From an uncultured Syntrophus sp. (lineage in GTDB: Bacteria; Desulfobacterota; Syntrophia; Syntrophales; UBA5619), in contig CAZINF010000003.1 of NCBI GenBank assembly GCA_964540555.1, forward strand, positions 1-55,617: a stretch of DNA of 55,617 bases, given 5' to 3'. This document shows positions 8,610-17,537 of this stretch, one piece after another. The notes beneath the pieces were generated by a model. The model had not been told where the DNA came from. It saw nothing but the letters and a program-made list of their open reading frames with translations, and did not search any database. Numbering within the stretch: position 1 is the stretch's first letter; every line of letters starts with the position of its first letter. The translations under genes were made by a program, and so were the position numbers.

Positions 8610-10526
8610 TCAGTTCTCTCTCCCCAGGAGTTTCCCAACCAGTTTCACCCCGCCGCCGGCGTCATGGGCGTAGCCGTCGGCGCCGATGTCCCGGGCGTAC
8701 TTCTCGTTCACCGGCGCGCCCCCGACGATCACCTTCACTCCGTCGCCCAATCCCGAACTTCTGAGAGCCTCGATCACCTGTTTCATCTGCGGCATCGTTG
8801 TCGTCAACAGCGAAGACAAACCCAATATCTCCGGCTGAAACTCCTTCACCATCTCGACGAATTTAGCGACCGGCACATCCACGCCGAGATCCTTCACCTC
8901 GTACCCCACCCCCCGGAGCATCGTGATCACCAGGTTCTTCCCGATGTCGTGCATGTCGCCCTTCACCGTCCCGATCATCACCCGGCCTTTTGCCCCCGCC
9001 TGCCCGACCGTCAGGTAAGGCTCCAGCGCCGATACCGCCTCGTTCATCACCCGCGCCGACAAGAGCACCTCCGGGATGAACGCCTCCCCGCTCCGGAATC
9101 GCTCCCCGATCACCTCCATCGCCGAGAGCAACCCCCGCTGCAAGATGTCATCCGCCTTTGCCCCGCGCTCCAAGAGCTCAAGAATGTGCCCCCGAACCGA
9201 TACCTGATCCCCGCCCAGAACGTCGTCCTGCACCTGGCGGAACTGCTCATCCCTCTCCGGCTCAGCCGAACCACGTTTCTCTACCCCGCTCACCGCCGAC
9301 GGCGTCACCGGGCGAAACGCACCCCCCTCCAGCGGCAGACGCCCCTCTTTTTCCACCCGCTCCCCGATCCGCACCAGTCTCTCGAAAACCGCCTGCGGGG
9401 GGGTAGTGTCGGCGATCCCCAGGATCATCCTCGTCCCCGGGGCCACCGCCTTGAACAGGTGGTCCAGGTACCCTTCGAACTCCTCGTCCGTCGTCGACTC
9501 CCGCAAGAGCAAGGTCGAGGGGATCCCCCCGAAGATCGTCAGCGTGTCCGCCCACCGGCGGTAATACTCCTCGATCGTCACCTTTGTCATCGGCGCCGGG
9601 CAGACCGCTTCGGCCACGTGCATCCCCGAATCCCGGATCAGGTCCATCAACCCCTCGTTCTCCCCGTCGCAATGGCAGGAGACGTATTTCCCGCACGCCC
9701 CGAGACGCTCGGAGGCCTTGCGAATCCAGGGGACGATCTCCTTTGCAAAGAAGCTGGGATAGGTGATCATCTCATCGAAGTTGCCTCCCCAGAAAATCAC
9801 CTCCGCCGGCGAGGCGGCAATCTGGTCGATGATCTGGTCGAAAAAATTCCCGACGCTGGAGGCAAGGGCCTGCATCTGCCGGGCATAGTCGTGGTAGTGG
9901 TAATAGAAATCGGTAGCGTCGATGAAATATTTCTGAATGTGATTCATCGGCGAGGCGGCCCGCGTCGCCGTGGAAAAGGCCACACCGTCCTCTCCGATAT
10001 CGGCCCGCCATTTGACGAAGTCCGCCGCGTCGGGGAAGAGCGTGAGGTTCTCGAATATATACCCGACGACGGGGTAATCCTTGGCATCCTTGAGGACCGG
10101 TTCGGTAACCCAGAAAGCGGAGACGCCCGATCGCCTCATCTCCTCGGTATAGGCGATCGTGGTACTCACCGAACCGCGGGGGGTATGGTAATGGATCCTC
10201 GTCCGGTCGCCTTCCCGCTTAACCTCGATATCGACATCCGATGAAAACCGGAAACCGTAGACCATCTCTTTGTAAGAGAGGATCCCAAGCGCCCAGTGCA
10301 GGTTGTCTTCGGGCTTGCGGGGTTTCTGGTATTCAGGGTTGATCTTGTGCAAAGCCCACCCCTCGGTCCGGGCGATTTGATCGGGAGTGCTGTCATTATA
10401 ACGAGGAGGGAGGGTGCCGGCCTGGGCGTTGGCCGAATGCCAGAGGTCCAGGCGGGGCGCAAAAGCGAGGCGGTCGGCCATCTCGCCCCGGATCGCCTTG
10501 AGGATTCGTTCTTTGTGGGTCATCAT
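8610..10526 (-). CDS. Bifunctional methyltransferase/corrinoid-binding protein (URO-D/MtaA-like barrel plus cobalamin-binding domain), paralog 2
   Basis: 638-aa ORF with the same architecture and motifs as 880-2790. The C-terminal ~370 aa are nearly identical to paralog 1, and the N-terminal ~265 aa are only about half identical. Confidence 0.8.
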   Translation of the reverse strand: MMTHKERILKAIRGEMADRLAFAPRLDLWHSANAQAGTLPPRYNDSTPDQIARTEGWALHKINPEYQKPRKPEDNLHWALGILSYKEMVYGFRFSSDVDIEVKREGDRTRIHYHTPRGSVSTTIAYTEEMRRSGVSAFWVTEPVLKDAKDYPVVGYIFENLTLFPDAADFVKWRADIGEDGVAFSTATRAASPMNHIQKYFIDATDFYYHYHDYARQMQALASSVGNFFDQIIDQIAASPAEVIFWGGNFDEMITYPSFFAKEIVPWIRKASERLGACGKYVSCHCDGENEGLMDLIRDSGMHVAEAVCPAPMTKVTIEEYYRRWADTLTIFGGIPSTLLLRESTTDEEFEGYLDHLFKAVAPGTRMILGIADTTPPQAVFERLVRIGERVEKEGRLPLEGGAFRPVTPSAVSGVEKRGSAEPERDEQFRQVQDDVLGGDQVSVRGHILELLERGAKADDILQRGLLSAMEVIGERFRSGEAFIPEVLLSARVMNEAVSALEPYLTVGQAGAKGRVMIGTVKGDMHDIGKNLVITMLRGVGYEVKDLGVDVPVAKFVEMVKEFQPEILGLSSLLTTTMPQMKQVIEALRSSGLGDGVKVIVGGAPVNEKYARDIGADGYAHDAGGGVKLVGKLLGREN

Positions 10527-10634
10527 CCGTTTATCCTTGGTCTTTTGCCTGAAAAGGGAAATATCACTAATCTAAAGGGTTATCAACAACGACCTCTTTC
10601 TTTGCAACCCCTAAGATTTCTGGCGTCGCATTTC

Positions 10635-11237
10635 TCAACTCGCTTTGGGTAGATACATATGTGGAGTCGGGTAGGAAATAAAGGCGCCCGATATCCAGCC
10701 GATGATCATAAAAATAACGATGGCCGCGATGACCACCGCAACCGTGTACCCTAACGATTTCTCTTTTGGGGCTTTCATGAGAATGGGAATCCCTGTGTAG
10801 AGCAGATATAAGCTGTACAGGCCTAAGATCATGAGCATGCTCAGGGGGGGGATGACGACAAAAATCCCGGATAACCATCCGGCAGTATAGGAATATGCGG
10901 CCAGCTTGAGAGCCTGGTTCAGGTTCTTCTCACCGGCAAATTTCGGAGCGAGGAAGTCAATAATCAGAGCCAGGATGTACACGCCAATCAGTCCAAATAC
11001 ATATTGTACGACAGCAGAACCAATGGCGCTTGCAATCGGAATTCTGAATGTTGCCGTAAACGGCATACTGATGCCTATAAGCGACATCCCGATGATGGAG
11101 GCCACCGGTCCGATCGCTGCCAACGGCATGATATAGCTTCTATATAACTCTGAAGTCGTTGTGGTTTCGGCGGCAATGACCCCCCACTCGATTTTGGGTT
11201 GCAGCAATATCTTTTTGATGCGATCGACGATATTCAT
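10635..11237 (-). CDS. Yip1-family integral membrane protein
   Basis: 200-aa ORF with five predicted TM segments and an N-terminus ([19 protein letters not shown]) typical of Yip1/DUF1282-type proteins. Its start overlaps the htpX-like stop by 4 nt. Confidence 0.65.
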   Translation of the reverse strand: MNIVDRIKKILLQPKIEWGVIAAETTTTSELYRSYIMPLAAIGPVASIIGMSLIGISMPFTATFRIPIASAIGSAVVQYVFGLIGVYILALIIDFLAPKFAGEKNLNQALKLAAYSYTAGWLSGIFVVIPPLSMLMILGLYSLYLLYTGIPILMKAPKEKSLGYTVAVVIAAIVIFMIIGWISGAFISYPTPHMYLPKAS

Positions 11238-11836
11238 TTTTTGTCCTCCTTTATCAATTCAGTTCTCATCTTCATCAATCTTTCAATTCTCTTTTCAAGC
11301 GGCGGGTGCGTGCTGAATAAATTCATGATCGTTCCGCCGGAGAGAGGATTGACAATAAATATATGTGCCGTAGAGGGATTTGCATCCATAGGTCTTATCG
11401 TTGCCGCTTTTGACAGCTTTGCAAGGGCGCTTGCCAATGCTTCGGGCTTTCCGGATACCCTGGCGCCGCCGGCATCGGCATCGTATTCCCTGGATCGGGA
11501 TATGGCCATCTGGATGACTGTTGCCGCTATGGGTGCGATAATCGCAACCGCGATTGCGCTGATTGCATTTCCCTCCTCGCCGGAGCCGAAAAACATGGCC
11601 CACCGGGACAGCAGAACGACGGCAGTGGCGATGGTTGCCGTCATGGTGCTGATCAGAATGTCTTTATTTTTTATATGGGATAGCTCGTGAGCGACGACTC
11701 CTTCCAATTCGTCCCTGCTCAGGATTCTCAGGATCCCCGTTGTAAAAGCCACCGCCGCATGATCCTCGTTTCTTCCCGTTGCGAATGCATTAGGCGATTC
11801 CTTTGAAATAATATAAAAACCTCTACAAAGAGCCAC
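11234..11836 (-). CDS. htpX: M48 zinc metalloprotease HtpX homolog, N-terminally truncated (possible gene remnant)
   Basis: It has the HExxH site ([10 protein letters not shown]), the downstream REYDADAGG motif and the C-terminal [14 protein letters not shown], all HtpX-like. It begins with a GTG at the ...SPNAFATG region, so the ~85 N-terminal residues (TM1-TM2) are absent. An in-frame stop at 11840-11842 and the stop of the preceding gene at 11845 leave no room for them. Confidence 0.6.
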   Translation of the reverse strand: MALCRGFYIISKESPNAFATGRNEDHAAVAFTTGILRILSRDELEGVVAHELSHIKNKDILISTMTATIATAVVLLSRWAMFFGSGEEGNAISAIAVAIIAPIAATVIQMAISRSREYDADAGGARVSGKPEALASALAKLSKAATIRPMDANPSTAHIFIVNPLSGGTIMNLFSTHPPLEKRIERLMKMRTELIKEDKK

Positions 11837-11844
11837 CGGTTATG

Positions 11845-12714
11845 TCAAGGAGATTCTGCTGACGGAGCGCATTGCCCGCCTCCAGCAACGGGGTGTCCGA
11901 GATGCGAAAGGACCCTGGCACTGAAAAGACCGGGCTGTTCCGCGACGGGAACGTGCAGGCTTTCCGGGATCGACACAACGGTCAGATTTCGGAAGTACAT
12001 GTGGGCGGTTTCCCTAAACACGCTTATGGGTTTGAAGTTCCGCCCTCCTTCGACATAGATCGTGGGAACATCGGTCCGGAAATGCTCGTGATACAGGGGG
12101 CGGTATCTCTTATCGAAGCGGTTGACGGCCCTGATAAAATCGATCGCGGTCCTGGCGGAGGTGCGGTGGAAACCCTCCTCGATGTAACGCATCCCATCGC
12201 CGTCCCCGGCAACCCGTGTTGTGAGAAGGCTGTTGAGAAAACGGAAGCCTTTCGTGCTGTTCAACAGCAGTTTAAAGAGCAGGACATTCAGATGGGGAAT
12301 CAGCAGTAGATGAAGATACCAGGGCATGAAGGCATACATCTCGATGAGCACCAGCCGATTGACGAGTCCCGGGTAACGCCGAAGCAGCTCCATGGCGATG
12401 TTGCCGCCCAGGCAGTTGCCGACAAGCGTCACGGGAGGATGGCCCATCGCGAGGATAAAATTCCTTCCAATCTCAACGAGCGCTTCGATCGAGACATCCG
12501 GCAGGGGAGGACTATTCCCGTAACCCGGCCAGGCCGGTCTGTAAACGGTATAGTGGCGAGCGAATGCGGCGTGACAGGGACCGAAGGTGTCTTCATTGCC
12601 TATCCAGCCGTGGAAAAAGACGAGAGGGGGTCCGGCGCCGCTTTTTTTATAGGAGATGGCGGTCCGGTTAATAAAGACCGACGATGAGGTCTCTTTGAGG
12701 TCATTGGGCGTCAT
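11845..12714 (-). CDS. Alpha/beta-fold hydrolase with Cys at the nucleophile elbow (G-N-C-L-G)
   Basis: It has the oxyanion HG (VFFHGWIG) and the nucleophile elbow LVGNCLGGNIA. The start is placed at the ATG at 12714, which forms an ATGA overlap with the upstream stop. The ORF track's longer start is at 12762. Confidence 0.65.
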   Translation of the reverse strand: MTPNDLKETSSSVFINRTAISYKKSGAGPPLVFFHGWIGNEDTFGPCHAAFARHYTVYRPAWPGYGNSPPLPDVSIEALVEIGRNFILAMGHPPVTLVGNCLGGNIAMELLRRYPGLVNRLVLIEMYAFMPWYLHLLLIPHLNVLLFKLLLNSTKGFRFLNSLLTTRVAGDGDGMRYIEEGFHRTSARTAIDFIRAVNRFDKRYRPLYHEHFRTDVPTIYVEGGRNFKPISVFRETAHMYFRNLTVVSIPESLHVPVAEQPGLFSARVLSHLGHPVAGGGQCAPSAESP

Positions 12715-13628
12715 GGCGCGTACCCTCTTTCCGACATATAGGTCCTGACCTGAGCCTTCCATTCTTCATACTGACGGGATGTATGATGTTTCCGCATATG
12801 ATCGTCCCACTGTTTTGCATGGTAGATCAGATTATCCACCAGGGCCGGCAGGGCAATCTCGGTCACTTTGTTGACGATCCCCATGAAAGAGGACAGGTTG
12901 CCTCCGGGGTTGCTGTCCACGTAATAGATACAGTCGGTTTTAAGGAGATCTTCCTTGCGTTTGATAAACTCCTTCGACAGCGGCGACAGGCGCCAGCTTC
13001 CTTCGTTTCTCGCGGTGCTGATGGCTTCCGCTCGATACTTTTCCATCTCTGGGTTGAGCTTATCCTGGCAGTGCATTTGTGGTTCCTGCGACCATTTGCT
13101 CTCCCAGGGGAAGGCAATGCGATTTGCGGACCGTTTCAGTGTATACTGACGAGGCGCTATCAGGGGCATGACGAGAAGCTGGTACAGATACCGGCCATTC
13201 TCGCAGGCGGAGGAATCAAAGACATAGGGCATGAATGTCCGCCTTTTGTCCGTTAACGAACCATTCTTTGGGTACTGCGGCGATACCATGCTGAAATGGT
13301 GGATGTCGGTAATGATATGCCAGGTCGTCGGGGGATCGACGGGGAGAAAGATCCGCATGTAACCCGCCTTGAAACCGCCGGGTGAGTCCAGCAGCCGGGT
13401 TACGGGTTTTCCCGAGGAAAGAAGCGCCAGGTCCGCTTCATTGAGCGAGATCTCCGGGATGTTCTGCATAAGCGGACGATCCGGCCGGACATCGAAACCG
13501 ATGACCGAACCTGCACTGTCCGCTTCAACTCGCGAGAGAGGCAGCAACAGGCAAGTCAAAAGGAAAGGAATGCATAAGAAAGGGATGATGTGCAATTCAC
13601 TTACCCATGTAATTTTCCGAGCAACCAT
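12711..13628 (-). CDS. Hypothetical exported protein (signal peptide; no family recognised with confidence)
   Basis: 305-aa ORF with a hydrophobic leader (IIPFLCIPFLLTCLLLPLSRVEA). It is translationally coupled to the downstream hydrolase. Confidence 0.5.
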   Translation of the reverse strand: MVARKITWVSELHIIPFLCIPFLLTCLLLPLSRVEADSAGSVIGFDVRPDRPLMQNIPEISLNEADLALLSSGKPVTRLLDSPGGFKAGYMRIFLPVDPPTTWHIITDIHHFSMVSPQYPKNGSLTDKRRTFMPYVFDSSACENGRYLYQLLVMPLIAPRQYTLKRSANRIAFPWESKWSQEPQMHCQDKLNPEMEKYRAEAISTARNEGSWRLSPLSKEFIKRKEDLLKTDCIYYVDSNPGGNLSSFMGIVNKVTEIALPALVDNLIYHAKQWDDHMRKHHTSRQYEEWKAQVRTYMSERGYAP

Positions 13629-14167
13629 GCCATCCTCTGCCCGAGTGATTTCACCAGTTCGATCCCCTCGGCGTCCTTTTCCACCTCGCCTTTTGCCCTG
13701 CCGACGCCGATCGCCCGCCCGACAATGATGATTTCGCCGCTCAGAAAGAAGTGGTCCATGGTGTCCAGCGTGTGGATCGCGCCGGATCGACGCATAGTCA
13801 CCACCGACGCACCGACCTTCTTTTTAAACATCCTTCCGTTGGACCTGGAGACGTAACCGCAGCGATCGATCAGGGCCTTCATCTCGGATGTCACATCCTG
13901 AAAATAGGAGGGCGAGCCGAGGATGATCCCGTCCGCGCCGAGCATCTTCTCGATATACTCGTTGGCGGCGTCATTTTTGACTGCACAACGCCGGTCCTTG
14001 GTCTCACCGCATTTTTCACAGGCGATGCAGCCGTGGATCTCTTTTTCCGAGAGCTGCACCAATTCGGTGTCGATCCCCTGTTTTTCGAGTTCGTCGAAGA
14101 CATGTCTGATAAGAACAGTGGTATTGCCGTCCCTTCTCGGGCTTCCGTTAAACGCAACGACCTTCAT
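13601..14167 (-). CDS. Flavodoxin-fold NADPH-dependent FMN reductase / iron-sulfur flavoprotein-like protein
   Basis: 188-aa ORF. MKVVAFNGSPRRDGNT is the FMN-reductase N-terminal motif, and there is a Cys cluster CIACEKCGETKDRRC as in Isf-type proteins. Confidence 0.75.
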   Translation of the reverse strand: MKVVAFNGSPRRDGNTTVLIRHVFDELEKQGIDTELVQLSEKEIHGCIACEKCGETKDRRCAVKNDAANEYIEKMLGADGIILGSPSYFQDVTSEMKALIDRCGYVSRSNGRMFKKKVGASVVTMRRSGAIHTLDTMDHFFLSGEIIIVGRAIGVGRAKGEVEKDAEGIELVKSLGQRMAWLLGKLHG

Positions 14168-14266
14168 GTGATGATCCTCCTTCTATTTCAGGTGTTTCTC
14201 GAAAAAACCCTTCACCCGGATGATCGAATCCGCTTCGGCCTCCGGATGGTGCTCGATACGATGCAT

Positions 14267-15031
14267 TCACTCATTCTTCACTTTTCCGACTGGCGCCATG
14301 TAAATGGCAAATTCATCAATGCCGTCGATTCTCAGCAACCGGTCCATCGCTTCCTGGTCATAAGCGGCGATGGCGCAGGTCCCGGCGCCGATCGCCTCGC
14401 AGGCCAGGTAGAGATTCTGGCAGACATGTCCGGCGTCGATGGCGATCACTTTATGCGCCGCCAGATCATAGCGCCATTCCATGCGGTAGGGCACCGCGGT
14501 CCAGATAAAGGTCACCGCTGCTATTCCCGGATAGGGTTGATCGAAAACGGCTTCTACGATCTTTTCATGGAGGCGATCTTCCGTGAATTCGAAAAGGAGT
14601 TGATGCTCCAATGGCAGATAACGGTACACTCCCGTTTCCAGGCTCTCGACGTTTAAAACACAGAGATAGGTTTCCAGCGCATGGCGACAGCCAGCGGAAG
14701 GAACGGTTCGATAGGCATGCCCACGATCGATTCGACCGCGAATGCCCTGGGTTGCCCAAAGAAGGAAAGCGAGCTCATCCATCGTGATGCGTCGGTTTAA
14801 AAAGGTCCTGTGACTCCTTCGGTTTCTGATCGCCTCCGCAAGGCTGATATTCGAAATCCCTTTCCCGGCATGAACCTTCGAAAGGTCTATTTTGACGGCC
14901 TTGTCGGGGACGGGCTTTTCGATCGGCGGCGGATCGCACCCCCGGTTTTGATCTGTCTTTGAGAAATCGATCCGCTTCCGAATCGTATCCTTGAGGAAGA
15001 ATCTGTATTGCTGCATGAGGGGATTGTTCAT
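14267..15031 (-). CDS. SagB/ThcOx-type nitroreductase-family dehydrogenase
   Basis: It has the nitroreductase signature (IRNRRSHRTF) and a C-terminal ...CQNLYLACEAIGAGTCAIAAY region. The start is placed at the MNNPLMQQ methionine; the ORF track's longer start is at 15091. Confidence 0.65.
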   Translation of the reverse strand: MNNPLMQQYRFFLKDTIRKRIDFSKTDQNRGCDPPPIEKPVPDKAVKIDLSKVHAGKGISNISLAEAIRNRRSHRTFLNRRITMDELAFLLWATQGIRGRIDRGHAYRTVPSAGCRHALETYLCVLNVESLETGVYRYLPLEHQLLFEFTEDRLHEKIVEAVFDQPYPGIAAVTFIWTAVPYRMEWRYDLAAHKVIAIDAGHVCQNLYLACEAIGAGTCAIAAYDQEAMDRLLRIDGIDEFAIYMAPVGKVKNE

Positions 15032-15056
15032 TTTTACTCCGAGTTTCCATGAATTT

Positions 15057-15431
15057 CTACAGAATGATATTGCTTCCCCCCGAAGCTGCACCGCCCGGAA
15101 CGATCAGTCGGGACTGTTCCTGCCGCTGCATTTCTTTGGCCTGTTCGACCAGGTGCGCCACGAACTCCTCCATGGCCTCCGAGAATTTTTCCATCGCCAG
15201 TTGAAGATTCTTGGCGTCGATAGGGAACTGGATGGGCATGGGGCCTTGCTGCGTATAGACTTGCGACTGCCCTACAAAAAAAACCGCGCGGTTTTTATCC
15301 GGCTCTCCGTTCGGTTTGACCGGCGTCAACCGGCGGATGGAACCAACTGTGAGATCGCTGAATACCTCTTCCCGATGAAGATTTTGCTGATTGAATCTGA
15401 CTTTCTTCTCTTTTCCTTCTGAGTCTGTCAT
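15057..15431 (-). CDS. Hypothetical cytoplasmic protein
   Basis: 124-aa ORF that fills the gap cleanly at the head of the minus-strand gene string. No family recognised. Confidence 0.4.
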   Translation of the reverse strand: MTDSEGKEKKVRFNQQNLHREEVFSDLTVGSIRRLTPVKPNGEPDKNRAVFFVGQSQVYTQQGPMPIQFPIDAKNLQLAMEKFSEAMEEFVAHLVEQAKEMQRQEQSRLIVPGGAASGGSNIIL

Positions 15432-15656
15432 GGTGTCCTCCCGAGTTAAGATCGGACATCATAACCCGCTTTTCGTTCTTTTCCAACTGTTATCATAGGG
15501 AATGTCAACGACCGGGGAATCCTGTCTTGACAAGACCCCGGACTTCGGCCATATCGTATTCCAATTTCCATTGAGGAGGCCTCTACGGCAGAAGACACCA
15601 CCCCCGACTTAACCACCGGAAGCCTGTGGCTCAACATCTGGCAGCTTTCGTGGCCG

Positions 15657-16949
15657 ATGCTTCTCATCATGATATTCAATTTCTTCGTGGGCTTCGTCGA
15701 CGTCTACGTTGCAGGTTTCATCAGCCCCGAGGTTCAGGCGGCGGTCGGCTTTGTCAGCCTTCTCTATTTCTTCGTCATCATCATCGCCAATGCGATCAGC
15801 ATCGGGACGGTGGCCCTGGTCTCGCGGGCCATCGGGGCCGGGGACCTCACGCGGGCTATGGAGGTGGCCAGGCAATCCCTGATTTTCGGATGTCTGGTCG
15901 CCGCTGTTCTGACCCTTGTCGGCTTTTTCCTCTCCCGCGAGATCGTCGCCTCGGCGGGGTTCCCGGAGAAGATCCGCGAGATCGCCGAAACACTGCTTAA
16001 GATATTCTCGATCGCCCTGGGGGCAAATTATCTCCTCATCATCTCCAGTTCCCTGTTCCGCGCGAGCGGGGACGTGCTGTATCCCCTCTTTACCATGTTC
16101 ATCGTGAGCGCCGTCAATATCCTCGCGGCTTTCGTCCTGGTCTTCGGCTGGTTCACATTTCCCCGGTTGGGGTACGCCGGGATCGGCGTCGCCACGGCGG
16201 TCTCGGTCACCCTCGGCATGGGGATCAATCTCGTTCTCTTTCCCCGGAGCCGGTGGCGGTCTATCTATAAGGGATCCTGGGCTCTCTCCTTTGAGACGAT
16301 GAAAAAGATCATCGATATCGGCTGGCCGGCGGCCATGCTCCAGATCGCCTGGAACACCGGAACGATCATCCTGTACAACATCCTCGGCCGACTGGGAGAG
16401 GAGAGCATCACCGCCATGGCGTCGATCTCCAACGGTCTGAGGATCGAGGCCCTCATCTTTCTTCCGGCTTTCGCCCTCAACATGTCCGCGTCGGTCCTTA
16501 TCGGTCAGAACCTGGGGGCGGGAAATCCTGAACGGGCGGAGCGGGCGGTATGGTGGATCGCCGCAGCGGGCGTCGTTACCCTAAGCGCCCTGGCCTTGGC
16601 GGTCTTCCTCCGGGCGGAGTTCTTTGCCGCCCTCGTGGCCAAAGACCCGGCAGTCCTTGCGGAGACCACCCGCTATTTACAGATCAACATGATCGCCCAG
16701 CCCTTCATTGCCCTTAGCCTGGCCCTTAGCGGCGGGCTCCACGGGGCCGGGGACACTCGGGGGACCATGTGGGTGATCATCATCTCCATATGGTTGATCC
16801 GCCTTCCCATCGCTTACTGCCTTGCCCTTCCCCTGGATTTCGGTGCGACGGGGGTCTGGTGGGCTATGGTGTTCTCCGTGGTCTGTCAGAGCTTCCTCAT
16901 GGCGGGGCGGTTCCGTTCGGGGAAATGGAAGCACCTGAATATGGGATAG
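15657..16949 (+). CDS. MATE-family multidrug/toxin efflux transporter (true start probably upstream of the annotated ATG)
   Basis: 430-aa ORF with 12-TM MATE-like repeats. The in-frame sequence upstream (…TTGSLWLNIWQLSWP-MLLIM) still looks like the conserved MATE N-terminus. However, no ATG/GTG/TTG exists in frame between the stop at 15528 and 15657. Confidence 0.8.
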   Translation: MLLIMIFNFFVGFVDVYVAGFISPEVQAAVGFVSLLYFFVIIIANAISIGTVALVSRAIGAGDLTRAMEVARQSLIFGCLVAAVLTLVGFFLSREIVASAGFPEKIREIAETLLKIFSIALGANYLLIISSSLFRASGDVLYPLFTMFIVSAVNILAAFVLVFGWFTFPRLGYAGIGVATAVSVTLGMGINLVLFPRSRWRSIYKGSWALSFETMKKIIDIGWPAAMLQIAWNTGTIILYNILGRLGEESITAMASISNGLRIEALIFLPAFALNMSASVLIGQNLGAGNPERAERAVWWIAAAGVVTLSALALAVFLRAEFFAALVAKDPAVLAETTRYLQINMIAQPFIALSLALSGGLHGAGDTRGTMWVIIISIWLIRLPIAYCLALPLDFGATGVWWAMVFSVVCQSFLMAGRFRSGKWKHLNMG

Positions 16950-17124
16950 GACTACCGGGAAAGTCTCTCCTTGAAGGGCGCCGTCGACGATCTTTTCCGG
17001 AAATTGGAGGCGGTGAAGCCCGGTGATTTAAAAACCAGCGGCGGCCACCTCCATTATTGCGGTCATAAAGGCATTACATCGCCCTGCTATTCGAGAATGC
17101 AAGGTAGGACGTCGTCATTGACAC

Positions 17125-17517
17125 TCATTCGACTGGCGCTTGAAATTCAAGCACTTTAACCAGGCGCTGTAAGTCATCTGGTGAAATCTCTAAAAACTCA
17201 AACCCAATTTCATATTTGGCAACTGCGCCCTCTGGAATCGGCTTTTGCCACACCGCCCTTGCCGTGCATACCATCGACGTATTATCCGGCAAGAAGAGTT
17301 CCAACTCCAACCGTTTTCCAATGTTGAGTTCTTCATCGCTGTATACGCGGATGCCGACGAGGCTAATGTTCATCACCGGGTTACGGCGCGAAATGAATGG
17401 CGCCGCGCGATAGAGAATCGGGGCGTTAAGGCGGGGGTATTTTCGACGATTTTCCTCAGTAGTCGATTCCATCATAATTCCCTCCATATTTATTTTTTCC
17501 CGTCTGAAAATACTCAA
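17125..17517 (-). CDS. PilZ-domain (c-di-GMP binding) protein
   Basis: It has the RxxxR motif (RRKYPR) and the (D/N)xSxxG motif (NISLVG) at PilZ-typical spacing. Confidence 0.75.
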   Translation of the reverse strand: MSIFRREKINMEGIMMESTTEENRRKYPRLNAPILYRAAPFISRRNPVMNISLVGIRVYSDEELNIGKRLELELFLPDNTSMVCTARAVWQKPIPEGAVAKYEIGFEFLEISPDDLQRLVKVLEFQAPVE

Positions 17518-17537
17518 AAACCTGACGGGACATCATT

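Noticed and set aside
880-10526. Recoded stops (pyrrolysine TAG or selenocysteine TGA) in the methyltransferase genes, as known for some methylamine methyltransferases.
   Set aside because: Both ORFs are uninterrupted over their full length, and both belong to the URO-D fold rather than the Pyl-containing MttB/MtbB/MtmB families.
10527-10634. A possible cobalamin riboswitch or leader upstream of the corrinoid methyltransferase genes (also checked at 2791-2866).
   Set aside because: I could not find a B12-box-like core (GCCACTG-type) or the expected multi-stem arrangement on the minus strand. Both spacers are short (about 76-108 nt).
13601-15091. The SagB-like dehydrogenase plus flavoprotein as part of a thiazole/oxazole (TOMM/RiPP) cluster.
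   Set aside because: No YcaO cyclodehydratase, no plausible Cys/Ser/Thr-rich precursor ORF and no dedicated exporter or protease are nearby. Stand-alone SagB-type nitroreductases are common.
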